From: Pyrobaculum sp.
Lineage (GTDB): Archaea; Thermoproteota; Thermoprotei; Thermoproteales; Thermoproteaceae
NCBI GenBank assembly: GCA_046293555.1
Contig: JBKBOT010000009.1
Span: 1-21,888 of the forward strand
Direction: 5' to 3'
Length of the DNA: 21,888 nt
The first letter of the stretch is position 1, and every line of letters starts with the position of its first letter. Under the pieces are notes generated by a model. It worked only from the letters and a program-made list of their open reading frames with translations. It searched no databases and was not told the origin of the DNA. Below are positions 7,696 through 16,539 of this stretch, one piece after another. The translations under genes and the position numbers were made by a program.

Positions 7696-7740
7696 CGTTT
7701 CTGCCTACAGACAGGCGGCGCCAGCCAGACGGCTGGAGAT

Positions 7741-7796
7741 GGGTCAGTCCGTCCGTCGCAATTCACCGATCTTATACCAACGCGTTCATCAGCCCC
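7741..7796 (-). ncRNA. C/D box methylation guide sRNA
   Basis: Minus strand reads gggc-TGATGA (box C CTGATGA, 7792-7786), guide ACGCGTTGGTAT, D' AAGA, degenerate C' TCGGTGA, guide ATTGCGACGGACGGA, D CTGA (7747-7744), ccc. A short GGG/CCC terminal stem is possible. It starts immediately after the upstream ORF stop codon. Confidence 0.78.
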
Positions 7797-8594
7797 CTAG
7801 CCTTTTTTCCAGGAGAGCAACAGCCCCACGTTGCTGGTAAGTTTTATAGCTATTTTATTTTTCTCTACAAGTGGAGGGATTTTTATACGTGGAAACACGC
7901 CGTCGTAGTAAAAATAGAGATAGCCCAAGTCCTCTGGGCTCACGCCCAGCCCGTAGCTCGTGACGTAGTCAACCTCCGCGCAGTTGTCCCCCAGAACTTC
8001 AATACCCCAATATCTCTGAAAGCCCTTTATGGGGCCATCTCCCTCAATGACAAACTTGCCGTCAGCAATACAGAAGGTGTTTTTCTCCATTTTATAAATC
8101 TCGGCCATATATCTATAGAGAGCCCTAAAGCCCTCGTAGAGATTTTGGGCGTCTTTTGGCTCTAATGTCTGTAACGCCGCTGTGGGCAACGTTAGGTATA
8201 AAATGGCCTGGGGGTGGCTCACCGGTATTGTGACAACAATTTTTAACAACGTCGGGTCGAAAACAGCCTCTAGCGACCTCACGGTGATCCGACCCCCCCG
8301 TGGCGACTGTAGTTCTATCTTATAGTTGGCGTTTTGGTGCGGCTGTACGACCTTCGCGCCGTATTTCGCGGCGATTTTCTCGAGTCCCATTATCTTGACA
8401 GCTTTTTCAAAATATGATTTAGGCATAGAGAACGTTATAGACACCTCCCTGCCCTGTAGGCTCTGTAGAAGCGACTCGACTAGCTCAATTCTGGGATTTG
8501 CCTGAGAGGGGATATAGCTGTGGACTCCTAACACAATTAAGGCGTCACGCCGCGGTATCTCTATAGGCGTGTCGGCAGCTATAGCTCCAACCAC
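7797..8594 (-). CDS. DUF362-like protein
   Basis: 265-aa ORF; FCIADGKFVIEGDGP and EVDYV resemble the DUF362 C-terminal DG..EG.GP motif. Confidence 0.65.
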   Translation of the reverse strand: MVGAIAADTPIEIPRRDALIVLGVHSYIPSQANPRIELVESLLQSLQGREVSITFSMPKSYFEKAVKIMGLEKIAAKYGAKVVQPHQNANYKIELQSPRGGRITVRSLEAVFDPTLLKIVVTIPVSHPQAILYLTLPTAALQTLEPKDAQNLYEGFRALYRYMAEIYKMEKNTFCIADGKFVIEGDGPIKGFQRYWGIEVLGDNCAEVDYVTSYGLGVSPEDLGYLYFYYDGVFPRIKIPPLVEKNKIAIKLTSNVGLLLSWKKG

Positions 8595-8624
8595 GTCTAC
8601 AATTGAGGAGAAAAATAAATTTTA

Positions 8625-9866
8625 TCAAAACCCATGGGCCGAGGGCTCTGTGGGCTTAACTATCTCTCTAAGTACAGTGGTGGCGTAACTCCCTCTAGGC
8701 AATATGAACTGTATGGCGACATACCCCGCGGCGACAGAATATGTGAGGTCTTTTATCTCCACCTGCGTCTTTCTATAGAAGCCGTAGACCTGTAGGCCTC
8801 TAGGCATCTTCAAGAAGGCGTCTGGATTTAACCCCTCGCGTTTTAAGGTGTCAAGTATCGCCGCCCCCACTTTGCCTCTCGGCATCCTGACGCCTACGCC
8901 AACTACAGGCAGGACCACAGACCCGCCCAGCCCCTCTATATAGTACGACACCTGTCCGTTTATCTCCACCAAGTCTCCCTCTATCGGCGTGTCTAAAGGA
9001 GCCAGCTCCATGCGTTTAGACAAGTAGACATTAAAGAGATATGACTGCGCCGCCTCGACATATATCCTGAGGATCTCTAGCGGTATCGCCATTATGGCGT
9101 TCCAGAGGTCAGACCCCGCGGCGAGTTTTTTCAAGACCGCCCTCTCCTCTATAAACCTCTTGGGGAAAGACTCCAACGCCCTTGAGTACTCCCCCCTACA
9201 GGCAAGCTCTCTCGACCTCCTGGCTTTTTCAGACTCGTGGGGAAATATCGTACAAAACATTATGTGGAAAAAGCCCTCCGGGTCTTTTCTCAAAAGCGCC
9301 CTGCCTAACAGATGGCTGACAGGCCTGATGGTTCCAAACCTCTGGTAGCCGTAGTAATTTGGAATCGCCGTGTTTTTTAGCCTTTCTAAAGCCTCCTGGG
9401 CGCACTCCATATGTTCGACATCACGTAACACGATGGTGAACTTATTGCCATAAATCTCGCCGGGGGTTATGGGTCTGTCCATAGGCCACATGTCGAGAAA
9501 ATTCACGTTAGGTACTTGCGGCAAAGTCGCCACGTTTCCCCTTATAGAAATTATCTGCGAGGTGACAGCCCTGGCGTCTTTAATGCCGCCTATTGAGATG
9601 TCTCTACGGCCCACCCCAAGCGTCCTGGCGAGCCGTATGACCAACTTGAGCGTATCCACGTTGCGTTTAACCACATGTATCCACATCCACCCCCCCGGGC
9701 TTGGGGCGAGAGACATGCCGTCTCTAGACACCACAGTGCCGTCTTTTAACACCTCCTCCACCACAAAGTCCTCCACCTGTTTTCTTATCACGCCGCCTGA
9801 GGGACACGTGTCGATGGCGTAATACCACATGCCTAAGTTTTTGTCGAATGGGGGGGCCTCCCGCAT
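8625..9866 (-). CDS. truD: tRNA pseudouridine(13) synthase
   Basis: Motifs EDFVVEE, GGIKDARAVTSQ, GNKFTIVLR, PNYYGYQRFG, AAQSYLFN and LPRGSYAT. Start set at ATG 9866 (MREAPP). Confidence 0.95.
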   Translation of the reverse strand: MREAPPFDKNLGMWYYAIDTCPSGGVIRKQVEDFVVEEVLKDGTVVSRDGMSLAPSPGGWMWIHVVKRNVDTLKLVIRLARTLGVGRRDISIGGIKDARAVTSQIISIRGNVATLPQVPNVNFLDMWPMDRPITPGEIYGNKFTIVLRDVEHMECAQEALERLKNTAIPNYYGYQRFGTIRPVSHLLGRALLRKDPEGFFHIMFCTIFPHESEKARRSRELACRGEYSRALESFPKRFIEERAVLKKLAAGSDLWNAIMAIPLEILRIYVEAAQSYLFNVYLSKRMELAPLDTPIEGDLVEINGQVSYYIEGLGGSVVLPVVGVGVRMPRGKVGAAILDTLKREGLNPDAFLKMPRGLQVYGFYRKTQVEIKDLTYSVAAGYVAIQFILPRGSYATTVLREIVKPTEPSAHGF

Positions 9867-9902
9867 CGGAAAATAGAGTTTAAAAAAGAAAAACAACTTG
9901 AC

Positions 9903-10727
9903 GTGGCAAAAGTGTACCTAGGGCCTGCGGGCATTCCTCAATATGTGGCCAAGGCCAAGTCCACCCTAGAGGCGGTGAGGGTAGTGAGAGAGCTGGGGCT
10001 AAACGCGATGGAGGTAGAATTCGTACAGGGGGTCCGCATGTCTAGAGAGCTGGCGCGACAGGTGGGCAAAGTCGCCCAGGACTATGGCGTCAAGTTGTCT
10101 ATACATGCGCCATATTTTATAAACCTGTGTTCAGAAGAGGTGGAGAAAGTGGAGAAGTCGAGATGGCGGCTGGTGGAGTCTCTAGACAGGGCGTCTCACA
10201 TGGGGGCTTGGGTCGTGGTGGTTCACGCGGCATATTACGGCAAGCTTGGCCCCACGGGCTGTTACCAGAAGGTAAAAGAGGAGCTAGCCAGGGCGTATAA
10301 GGAGGCGGGGGCGGGCTCTGTGTACATAGGGGTGGAGATAACGGCTAGAAACAACCAGTTTGGAAGCGTGGAGGAAGCCTTCAGCTTGGCTAGAGAGCTC
10401 CCATTTGTAACCCCTGTTGTCGACTGGGGGCATCTCTATGCGAGAAACAACGGCGTGATTAACTACGGCGAGGTGTTAGACCTATGGGCTAGAGAATTTA
10501 AAGACGCTTTAATGCACACTCACTTCACCTCTGTGAGGTATAGAAACGGCAGGTTTGTAGACGAACACGAGCCGTTGGAGTACAACATGCCGCCTTTTGA
10601 GCCGCTGGCTGTAGAGCTAAAAAAGAGAGAGATCGCAATAACGCTAATATGCGAGTCGCCGCTGTTAGAAAAAGATGCGCTCTATATGAAACAAATTCTT
10701 GAAAGACATGGAGTACATCTGGCATGA
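9903..10727 (+). CDS. nfo: Endonuclease IV family (AP endonuclease 2) TIM-barrel protein
   Basis: Motifs GPAGIP, SIHAPYFINL, VVHAAYY, GVE, DWGHLYAR, HTHF, EHEPL and ICESP. Confidence 0.88.
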   Translation: MAKVYLGPAGIPQYVAKAKSTLEAVRVVRELGLNAMEVEFVQGVRMSRELARQVGKVAQDYGVKLSIHAPYFINLCSEEVEKVEKSRWRLVESLDRASHMGAWVVVVHAAYYGKLGPTGCYQKVKEELARAYKEAGAGSVYIGVEITARNNQFGSVEEAFSLARELPFVTPVVDWGHLYARNNGVINYGEVLDLWAREFKDALMHTHFTSVRYRNGRFVDEHEPLEYNMPPFEPLAVELKKREIAITLICESPLLEKDALYMKQILERHGVHLA

Positions 10728-12526
10728 AGAAAGGCGTATCTGCCTTTGACCTCTTGGCATGTATAGTGGAAATACAGCCATTTATAAAGAACAGACTTGA
10801 GAATATCTACAAGACGGAGATAGGCTTTTTGTTTAAATTCCCACAGGGCTTTATTACAGTCAACAAGTTTAGAGTCTCCCCCACAAACGTCTTGTTGGAA
10901 AAGACGCATGTTGGCGCCGAGACTCTCCGCGGTCTTTTCCGAGAGGAGAGACTTCTAGAGGTCTCCATGCCTCGATTTGACCGCATTATAGAGTTTAAAT
11001 TTCAGTCTGGAAGACTGGTGGTAGAGCTAGTAGAGCCTTTTAACGTAATTGCTGTACGTGATGAGAAAATCGTATGGCTTTTACATAGCTACAGGGGGAA
11101 GGACAGACAGCTAAAAGCCGGGGCTCCCTACGTCTACCCGCCCCAGGTCTTTATAGACCTCCTGAAGGCAGATGTGGACGAAATCGCCAAGGCCATAGAT
11201 CCCACCGACGTTAAGAAAAGCCTAGTGAAGAGGTTAGGCACAGGTCATGACCTGGCCGACGAGCTCATCGCCCGAGTTGGGATAGAGCCAGAGGCCGTAG
11301 CTAGAGAAATCAAAAAGCTGGTGACAGACATACTATCTGGACATATAAAGCCCTCAGTCTGTATAAAGAACGGCGCTCCCGTCACTGTCCTCCCCATAAG
11401 GCCGGCTCAATGCGACGAGGTTAAACATTTCGACAAGTTCTGGATGGCGCTAGACTTTTACTTCTCCCCACTGGAGCTTAAAACTGCTGCGTCACAAGCG
11501 TCAAGCAATTTGATACAAAAGAAAAAGAGGCTTGAGGCCACCATAGCGGAGCTAGAAAAGAAGATTTCTGAATTTAGGCAAGAGGCAGCCCGCCTAAAGG
11601 CCATAGCCCACAAGTTGCTCACCTACAAGTATGAAATTGAAGAAGCCATGAGGGGGGGAGAGTCCAGTGTACGTATTCAACACGTAGACAGAGTGTTACG
11701 AGTGGAACTACCTGAAGGCGACGTCATAGAGCTGAAAAAAGGACTGGGGCAACAGATTACAGACCTATTTGACAAGGCGAAAGAGTACGAAGAGAAGGCA
11801 GCCAAGGCGGTACAGGTGTTAGAAAAACTCAGGAGGGACATGTCTAGAGTTGTAGAAGAACAGAGACAGATAGAGGCGAGGATTGTTGTAGAGAGGAGTT
11901 GGTTTGAAAAATTCCGTTGGACTATTACTACAGGCCTGAAGCCTATAATTGGCGGCAGAGATGCTTCACAAAACGAGGCGATAGTCAGGAAATACTTGAA
12001 GGATCATTACCTCTTCTTCCACGCGGATATTCCAGGCGCCTCAGCTGTGGTGATGCCCCCAGCAGAAGACCCACTTGAGGTACTTCAAGCCGCACAGTTT
12101 GCCGCAGCGTATAGCAAGGCGTGGAAAATAGGCATACATGCGGTAGATGTTTATTACGTGCGTGGGGGGCAAGTCTCCAAAAGCCCCCCCTCTGGCCAAT
12201 ATTTAGCAAAAGGGTCGTTTATGATATATGGAAAGAGGGAATATGTTAAAAACGTCAGGCTAGAGCTGGCGGTGGGCTGTCGGAAAGACGACAACAGGGT
12301 GGTAACCGCTCCTCCAAAATCCGCACCGTTGTTAGCAGAGAGATATGCCGTCGTCACACCTGGAAACATGGAGAAAAGCAGGTTGGCCAAAGAGCTGGCA
12401 AATAGATGGGGCGGCTGTACTATCGACGAGATAGCAGCCGCATTGCCAGGTCCCTCGAGGATTTCAGAACATGGGAAAGGCTCCCCACTGCCGTGGGGTG
12501 AAATAGAGCGTATATTTAGCTGGTGA
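10724..12526 (+). CDS. rqcH: Ribosome quality-control protein RqcH/Rqc2 (NFACT family)
   Basis: NFACT-N motifs FDRII and ELVEPFNVI, a central coiled coil, and NFACT-R motifs WFEKFRW, GGRDASQNE, FFHADIPGAS, AAAYSKAW and GQYLAKGSFMIYGKR. Confidence 0.92.
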   Translation: MKKGVSAFDLLACIVEIQPFIKNRLENIYKTEIGFLFKFPQGFITVNKFRVSPTNVLLEKTHVGAETLRGLFREERLLEVSMPRFDRIIEFKFQSGRLVVELVEPFNVIAVRDEKIVWLLHSYRGKDRQLKAGAPYVYPPQVFIDLLKADVDEIAKAIDPTDVKKSLVKRLGTGHDLADELIARVGIEPEAVAREIKKLVTDILSGHIKPSVCIKNGAPVTVLPIRPAQCDEVKHFDKFWMALDFYFSPLELKTAASQASSNLIQKKKRLEATIAELEKKISEFRQEAARLKAIAHKLLTYKYEIEEAMRGGESSVRIQHVDRVLRVELPEGDVIELKKGLGQQITDLFDKAKEYEEKAAKAVQVLEKLRRDMSRVVEEQRQIEARIVVERSWFEKFRWTITTGLKPIIGGRDASQNEAIVRKYLKDHYLFFHADIPGASAVVMPPAEDPLEVLQAAQFAAAYSKAWKIGIHAVDVYYVRGGQVSKSPPSGQYLAKGSFMIYGKREYVKNVRLELAVGCRKDDNRVVTAPPKSAPLLAERYAVVTPGNMEKSRLAKELANRWGGCTIDEIAAALPGPSRISEHGKGSPLPWGEIERIFSW

Positions 12527-13011
12527 CAGACTGTATAATAAAGGGCGCCCCCCATCTGGGCTGTATATATGTAGACTCCATGTTGGGATGGCTGGCCAGA
12601 TTTTTACGTATAGTCTTCGGCCTTAAGGTGACCTACAGCCCAAATATAGACGACGTGGAGTTGTTAAAGACGCAATGTCTCGTGGTGACTATGGACGAAG
12701 AGCTTTTTAAAAACAGGAGGGGGCCAACAATCCTCTTAAAAACTGGCGACCACATAGTATGGATATCTGTCTTTCTCTCTCTTGGCGCCAAGCCCTTTGA
12801 GAAATCTACATGTCCCACCTGCGGCGGGGAGTTGGCAGAAGTCACATGTAAAGAGGCAGAGTCTCATGTGGGTCACGAAATCCGTAGCTCTCAATGTTGG
12901 CGTTGTACCTCATGCGGCCATATATATTGGCGGGGTAGCCACTGGCGTGGGATTTACGACACTGTAGAAAGGGCTTCCCTCATACAGAGGCCTTGTCTAC
13001 ACATCGGTTAA
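12523..13011 (+). CDS. Mut7-C (DUF82) PIN-like RNase domain protein with Zn ribbon
   Basis: Motifs VDSMLGWLARFLR, DDVELL, VVTMDEEL, CPTC...CTSC and YWRGSHW; GTGA overlap with rqcH. Confidence 0.88.
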   Translation: MTDCIIKGAPHLGCIYVDSMLGWLARFLRIVFGLKVTYSPNIDDVELLKTQCLVVTMDEELFKNRRGPTILLKTGDHIVWISVFLSLGAKPFEKSTCPTCGGELAEVTCKEAESHVGHEIRSSQCWRCTSCGHIYWRGSHWRGIYDTVERASLIQRPCLHIG

Positions 13012-13870
13012 GTAGGCGTAAAATGGCTGGGGTGAAGTAATATAGTGCTGTCAATACCTCCACACCTTGGGCAAGTTTTAACACCTCACGTACTTGACTA
13101 CATGTAAAAACGCCGCCGCTATAGATAATAGGGACGCCCTCGGCCATGGCCCGCATCTTTTCTAAAAGCCGTAGGCCGTATTTATAAAGTAGCAACCCAC
13201 TAAGCCCCCCCACCCCAGTGGAAAGCCTGGGGTCGCCTACAGGCATGGTGTTAGTCACCACAAGGCCCCACCCCAGCCTCCTCACATGTCTGGCGACTGA
13301 CTGTAGGTCTGTAGAGGGCCCAATCTTCACAAATACCGGCAGCCCTATCTCCAGCTCGGGGGCAGTCTGCCAAAACCCCCTGTAGGTGGGGCTAGAGATA
13401 TTGAGCTCTATAGCTGCCGGCTTGAAGTACCTCTCTACGTACTTTAGCTGTGTTAAGAAATCCCTCGTGTCGAACCCCGCCAGGCTTATAAATATGGGAT
13501 ACCGCAACTTCGCCACTCTAGACAGCACCGTGGCGATCCCTGGGGAGTTCAGCCCCATGGCGTTTACCAGCGAATATGGGTACAGCCTGGCTGCCCTAGG
13601 CGGCTTGTTGCCCCTCCGCCTATATGGCAAAGTAGAGCCCACCACGATAAAGCCGGGGCAGAAAAAAGAGAGAAACCTAGCGTACATCCCAGATTTGTCA
13701 AACCCAGCGGCTACGCCCACGGGGCCACATGTCCTCACGGCCCCCACCTCCCACATCCTCTCACATCTACACGGCGGCAGGGGGATAGAGAGGAGTAGAG
13801 ACCCCACCCTGTGGGTTACCTCTGGGTGGACGGCATGGAGGGCTCTAGCCAGCCTAATTAACAACGCCAT
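12980..13870 (-). CDS. pyrD: Dihydroorotate dehydrogenase (class 2-like)
   Basis: Motifs [39 protein letters not shown] and GGLSG; in an operon with pyrE and pyrI. Confidence 0.9.
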   Translation of the reverse strand: MALLIRLARALHAVHPEVTHRVGSLLLSIPLPPCRCERMWEVGAVRTCGPVGVAAGFDKSGMYARFLSFFCPGFIVVGSTLPYRRRGNKPPRAARLYPYSLVNAMGLNSPGIATVLSRVAKLRYPIFISLAGFDTRDFLTQLKYVERYFKPAAIELNISSPTYRGFWQTAPELEIGLPVFVKIGPSTDLQSVARHVRRLGWGLVVTNTMPVGDPRLSTGVGGLSGLLLYKYGLRLLEKMRAMAEGVPIIYSGGVFTCSQVREVLKLAQGVEVLTALYYFTPAILRLLNRCVDKASV

Positions 13871-14427
13871 CTCTCTAGGTACTCTACCGCAGCTTTGTAA
13901 TCCTCTACGCCTATATACGGCCGGAGTTGTTCCAACAAAACACCCATCTTAAATACGCTATATACCTCAACGCCGAGGTTTTTCACATTCTGTACGCCGC
14001 ATTGCTCCCTGTCGAGAAAGACCGCTACGCCCACCACATGGCCCCCCGCCTCCCTAACGGCGTTTAACACCTCCACCACGCTCCTCCCTGTGGTCAACAC
14101 GTCATCTATGACAACCAGCCGCCTATTTGACACATCTGCCCCCTCCACAAGACGCCTCAAGCCATGTTTCTTCGCCTCAATTCTCACATATCCAAACGGC
14201 TTTTTCATAAGGTATCCCAACACAGAGGCGTAGGGGATGCCCCCAGTGGCGACGCCTATAATTACCTCGAAGTCAAGTCTAGACAAGATAGATCTGTATT
14301 GATGTACAACCCACTGAAACAGCTCCGGGTCTCCCAACACCTCTCTCAGATCTACGTAGAAGGGGCTTTCCAAACCGCTAGACAACTGGAAGCGCCCAAA
14401 CTTTACTACCTTAGAAAGTTCGATCAT
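13858..14427 (-). CDS. pyrE: Orotate phosphoribosyltransferase
   Basis: Motifs [29 protein letters not shown] and VIDDVLTTG. Start at ATG 14427 gives an ATGA overlap with the pyrI stop. Confidence 0.95.
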   Translation of the reverse strand: MIELSKVVKFGRFQLSSGLESPFYVDLREVLGDPELFQWVVHQYRSILSRLDFEVIIGVATGGIPYASVLGYLMKKPFGYVRIEAKKHGLRRLVEGADVSNRRLVVIDDVLTTGRSVVEVLNAVREAGGHVVGVAVFLDREQCGVQNVKNLGVEVYSVFKMGVLLEQLRPYIGVEDYKAAVEYLERWRC

Positions 14428-14879
14428 ACCAAGTCGCCCAGCTCGTGATAACGCCCGCAATAACTACAGACAAACAGCGGGGGCTCTCTCCTGACTAGAT
14501 AAAACACAGTTGTGGCGGGCTCTCTAGGCGCGTTGGTAATACATGTCGGGTTTTTACATTTAAAACGCCCCTTTATCACCTCGGGGGGAGACACCCTAAA
14601 TTTCTTAACTACCTCAAAGCCGCGGATGATATTTATAGTCGCCGTGGGGGCCACCGCAGATATTATATTGACCTCTTCGGGGGTGAGCTCACGTCCCCCG
14701 ATCTTTACGATGTCCTTACGCCCCAGCTTCCGAGACTCTACATTCATGACGAGAGCCACTCTCGCCCCCTCTCTCCCAGTGATGCCCAGTACCCGCAATA
14801 CCGCAAGCGCCCGGCCTGCCGGGATGTGGTCTATCACAGTGCCGTTTTCAATCTTACTTACGATAAGCTCTTTCGACAT
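14424..14879 (-). CDS. pyrI: Aspartate carbamoyltransferase regulatory chain
   Basis: Motifs [10 protein letters not shown] and GRKDIVKI, with Zn ligands CKNPTC...CSYC. Confidence 0.97.
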   Translation of the reverse strand: MSKELIVSKIENGTVIDHIPAGRALAVLRVLGITGREGARVALVMNVESRKLGRKDIVKIGGRELTPEEVNIISAVAPTATINIIRGFEVVKKFRVSPPEVIKGRFKCKNPTCITNAPREPATTVFYLVRREPPLFVCSYCGRYHELGDLV

Positions 14880-14899
14880 TGATATAGATCTAGAGAGGA

Positions 14900-14909
14900 T
14901 TTATAAAAA
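14900..14909 (-). promoter_or_regulatory. TATA box of pyrI-pyrE-pyrD abutting the tRNA-Leu 3' end
   Basis: TTTTTATAAA on the - strand, 21-30 nt upstream of the pyrI ATG. Confidence 0.7.
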
Positions 14910-14994
14910 TGCGGGGGGTGGGATTTGAACCCACGCAGGCCTACGCCACAGGGTCTTAAGCCCTGCCCCTTTGACCTGGCTCGGGCACCCCCGC
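14910..14994 (-). tRNA. tRNA-Leu(TAA), no intron, CCA not encoded
   Basis: Sequence GCGGGGGTGCCCGAGCCAGGTCAAAGGGG-CAGGG CT TAA GA CCCTG, long variable arm, GTGGGTTCAAATCCCAC-CCCCCGC-A. Confidence 0.97.
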
Positions 14995-15061
14995 CCAGAT
15001 TTGGTTAACACAGGTACTTAAAAGCTTTACAACCCACCCAGGCGTGGTACAGGGCGAGAAC

Positions 15062-15172
15062 TGGTGCGGCGGCCGGGATTCGAACTCCCGGGGTTTGCCC
15101 TCCCGGGATCAACGGCTTTCCTCGCTATAGCGTGGGAGGCCGCCATCCTAAACCAGGCTAGACTACCGCCGC
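15062..15172 (-). tRNA. tRNA-Gly(CCC) with two introns (37/38: 15118-15132; 53/54: 15085-15101), CCA encoded
   Basis: Removing CGCTATAGCGAGGAA and AGGGCAAACCCCGGGAG gives a canonical cloverleaf: GCGGCGG...GCGGC CTCCCAA GCCGT...CCGGG TTCGAAT CCCGG CCGCCGC ACCA. Confidence 0.93.
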
Positions 15173-15204
15173 CCGGTATCTTTAAAAAATAGGTATTTAA
15201 AACT

Positions 15205-16470
15205 TTATCTGAACTGCCGCCCCACTTCTGTAAACTCTATCGTGTCTTTATCGTAATTATAGTACCCCACCTCGATATATGTGGGCTTCCCATCTCTAAC
15301 AGCGACGCCCCACAGCACGAAGTTGGGGTTCGCCCTATCCCCATTTTCATCTAGTAAAACCACGCCGGTGGCGCCTTTGTATCTACCCTCCTTGCCCCAC
15401 TGCTCCAACGTGGCACGTACCTTGTCGGGATCATCTGTGCCTATTGTCGCCATGATCTCTCCTAACATCCTGATTATGTCATAAGATTGCGGGGCTGGAG
15501 TTATGGGCTCCGCGCCACATCTAGCTTTAAACTTTCTGTAGAACTCCTGATACTCTGGCGTAGTCGGCAGAGCCCAATTCGCCGTGCCAACCATCTTGCC
15601 TCTTGCCATAACGTCGCCGCCCTCCTGTAGTAATATTGGCGAAAAGGCCATGCCCTCAGTCCCGATAAGCCGTGCTTGCGACAAGACTGGGTCTTGCCCA
15701 ATTGCCTTCAACACGACAGAGCCGTCGTCTTCAAAAGACACAATCACCAAGGCGAAGTCAGGCCCCACAAGGCCCCTAACCTCTGTGGAGATCTTTCTCA
15801 CAGCCTCTGGCGCCGCCTGGGGGAAAACCTTTGGGTCGGGGTCATATGCCGCCGCGGAGACAAGCTTAAATCCACGCGCCGCGGCCTCTTTCTGAAGCTC
15901 TAGATATAGCCCCTCTCCATAGGGGTCTTTCCTATATATAATCGCCACGTTTTTTACCCCAAACTCCTTTAAAATTGCCCCAATGGCCTTGATCTGTTTT
16001 GCGTCTGTCCCCACAATCCTATAAAGCCAGTCGTTAGGTAACGCCAAAAGCGAGGAGGTAGACCAGGCGCTGAAGAGAATTACGCGGTTTTGATCTGCGA
16101 AGGGCTTTTCGCCAGAGGCCTCCCGGCTGGTGAGGCCGGCGTGAGTTGCCCGCACGCCTCTTGCGTATAGTGTTTGTAACTTCTGTAAGGCTACCGTGGG
16201 GTCTAGCTGTGTATCTTCAACATAAAGCTCAAATTTTATCCCGGCGTGTTTTGCGTTAAGATCCTCTACTGCCAGCTCGGCGGCGCATTGCGCCAATCTG
16301 GCATAACTACTAAACCCCCCCGTCAACGGGAGGAGGGCACCTAGTTTGAACACTTTTGCCGGCTGCGTAGGCGTGCTAGGTGTGGACACGTTAGATGTAA
16401 ACAACAAAAGTCCGACGATGATCAATATGGCCACTACGCCTATTATTATGTAGAGAGTTTTTGAGGCCAT
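15205..16470 (-). CDS. ABC transporter substrate-binding protein, branched-chain amino acid (LivK) type, N-terminally membrane-anchored
   Basis: Hydrophobic N-terminal helix, S/T/P linker, KLGALLPLTG, VEDTQ, YGEGL and YKGATGVVLLDENGDR. Start set at ATG 16470. Confidence 0.9.
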   Translation of the reverse strand: MASKTLYIIIGVVAILIIVGLLLFTSNVSTPSTPTQPAKVFKLGALLPLTGGFSSYARLAQCAAELAVEDLNAKHAGIKFELYVEDTQLDPTVALQKLQTLYARGVRATHAGLTSREASGEKPFADQNRVILFSAWSTSSLLALPNDWLYRIVGTDAKQIKAIGAILKEFGVKNVAIIYRKDPYGEGLYLELQKEAAARGFKLVSAAAYDPDPKVFPQAAPEAVRKISTEVRGLVGPDFALVIVSFEDDGSVVLKAIGQDPVLSQARLIGTEGMAFSPILLQEGGDVMARGKMVGTANWALPTTPEYQEFYRKFKARCGAEPITPAPQSYDIIRMLGEIMATIGTDDPDKVRATLEQWGKEGRYKGATGVVLLDENGDRANPNFVLWGVAVRDGKPTYIEVGYYNYDKDTIEFTEVGRQFR

Positions 16471-16539
16471 AGAAGAATAATTATGATAGTTAATAACGTT
16501 TTTTCCATTAAAGTTTTTTATTGCCAAATTCTTCACACT

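Noticed and set aside
7617-8165. 182-aa + strand ORF
   Set aside because: It is antisense to rpl14, the C/D sRNA and the DUF362-like gene, has no motif, and is better explained as a shadow ORF.
13386-13952. 188-aa + strand ORF, and similar antisense ORFs such as 5833..6261, 17866..18414 and 19081..19482
   Set aside because: They mirror conserved genes on the opposite strand and have the S/T/P-rich composition typical of antisense frames.
14910-15172. tRNA genes as possible integration sites of a mobile element
   Set aside because: No integrase, no duplicated tRNA 3' fragment and no foreign-looking cargo in the window.
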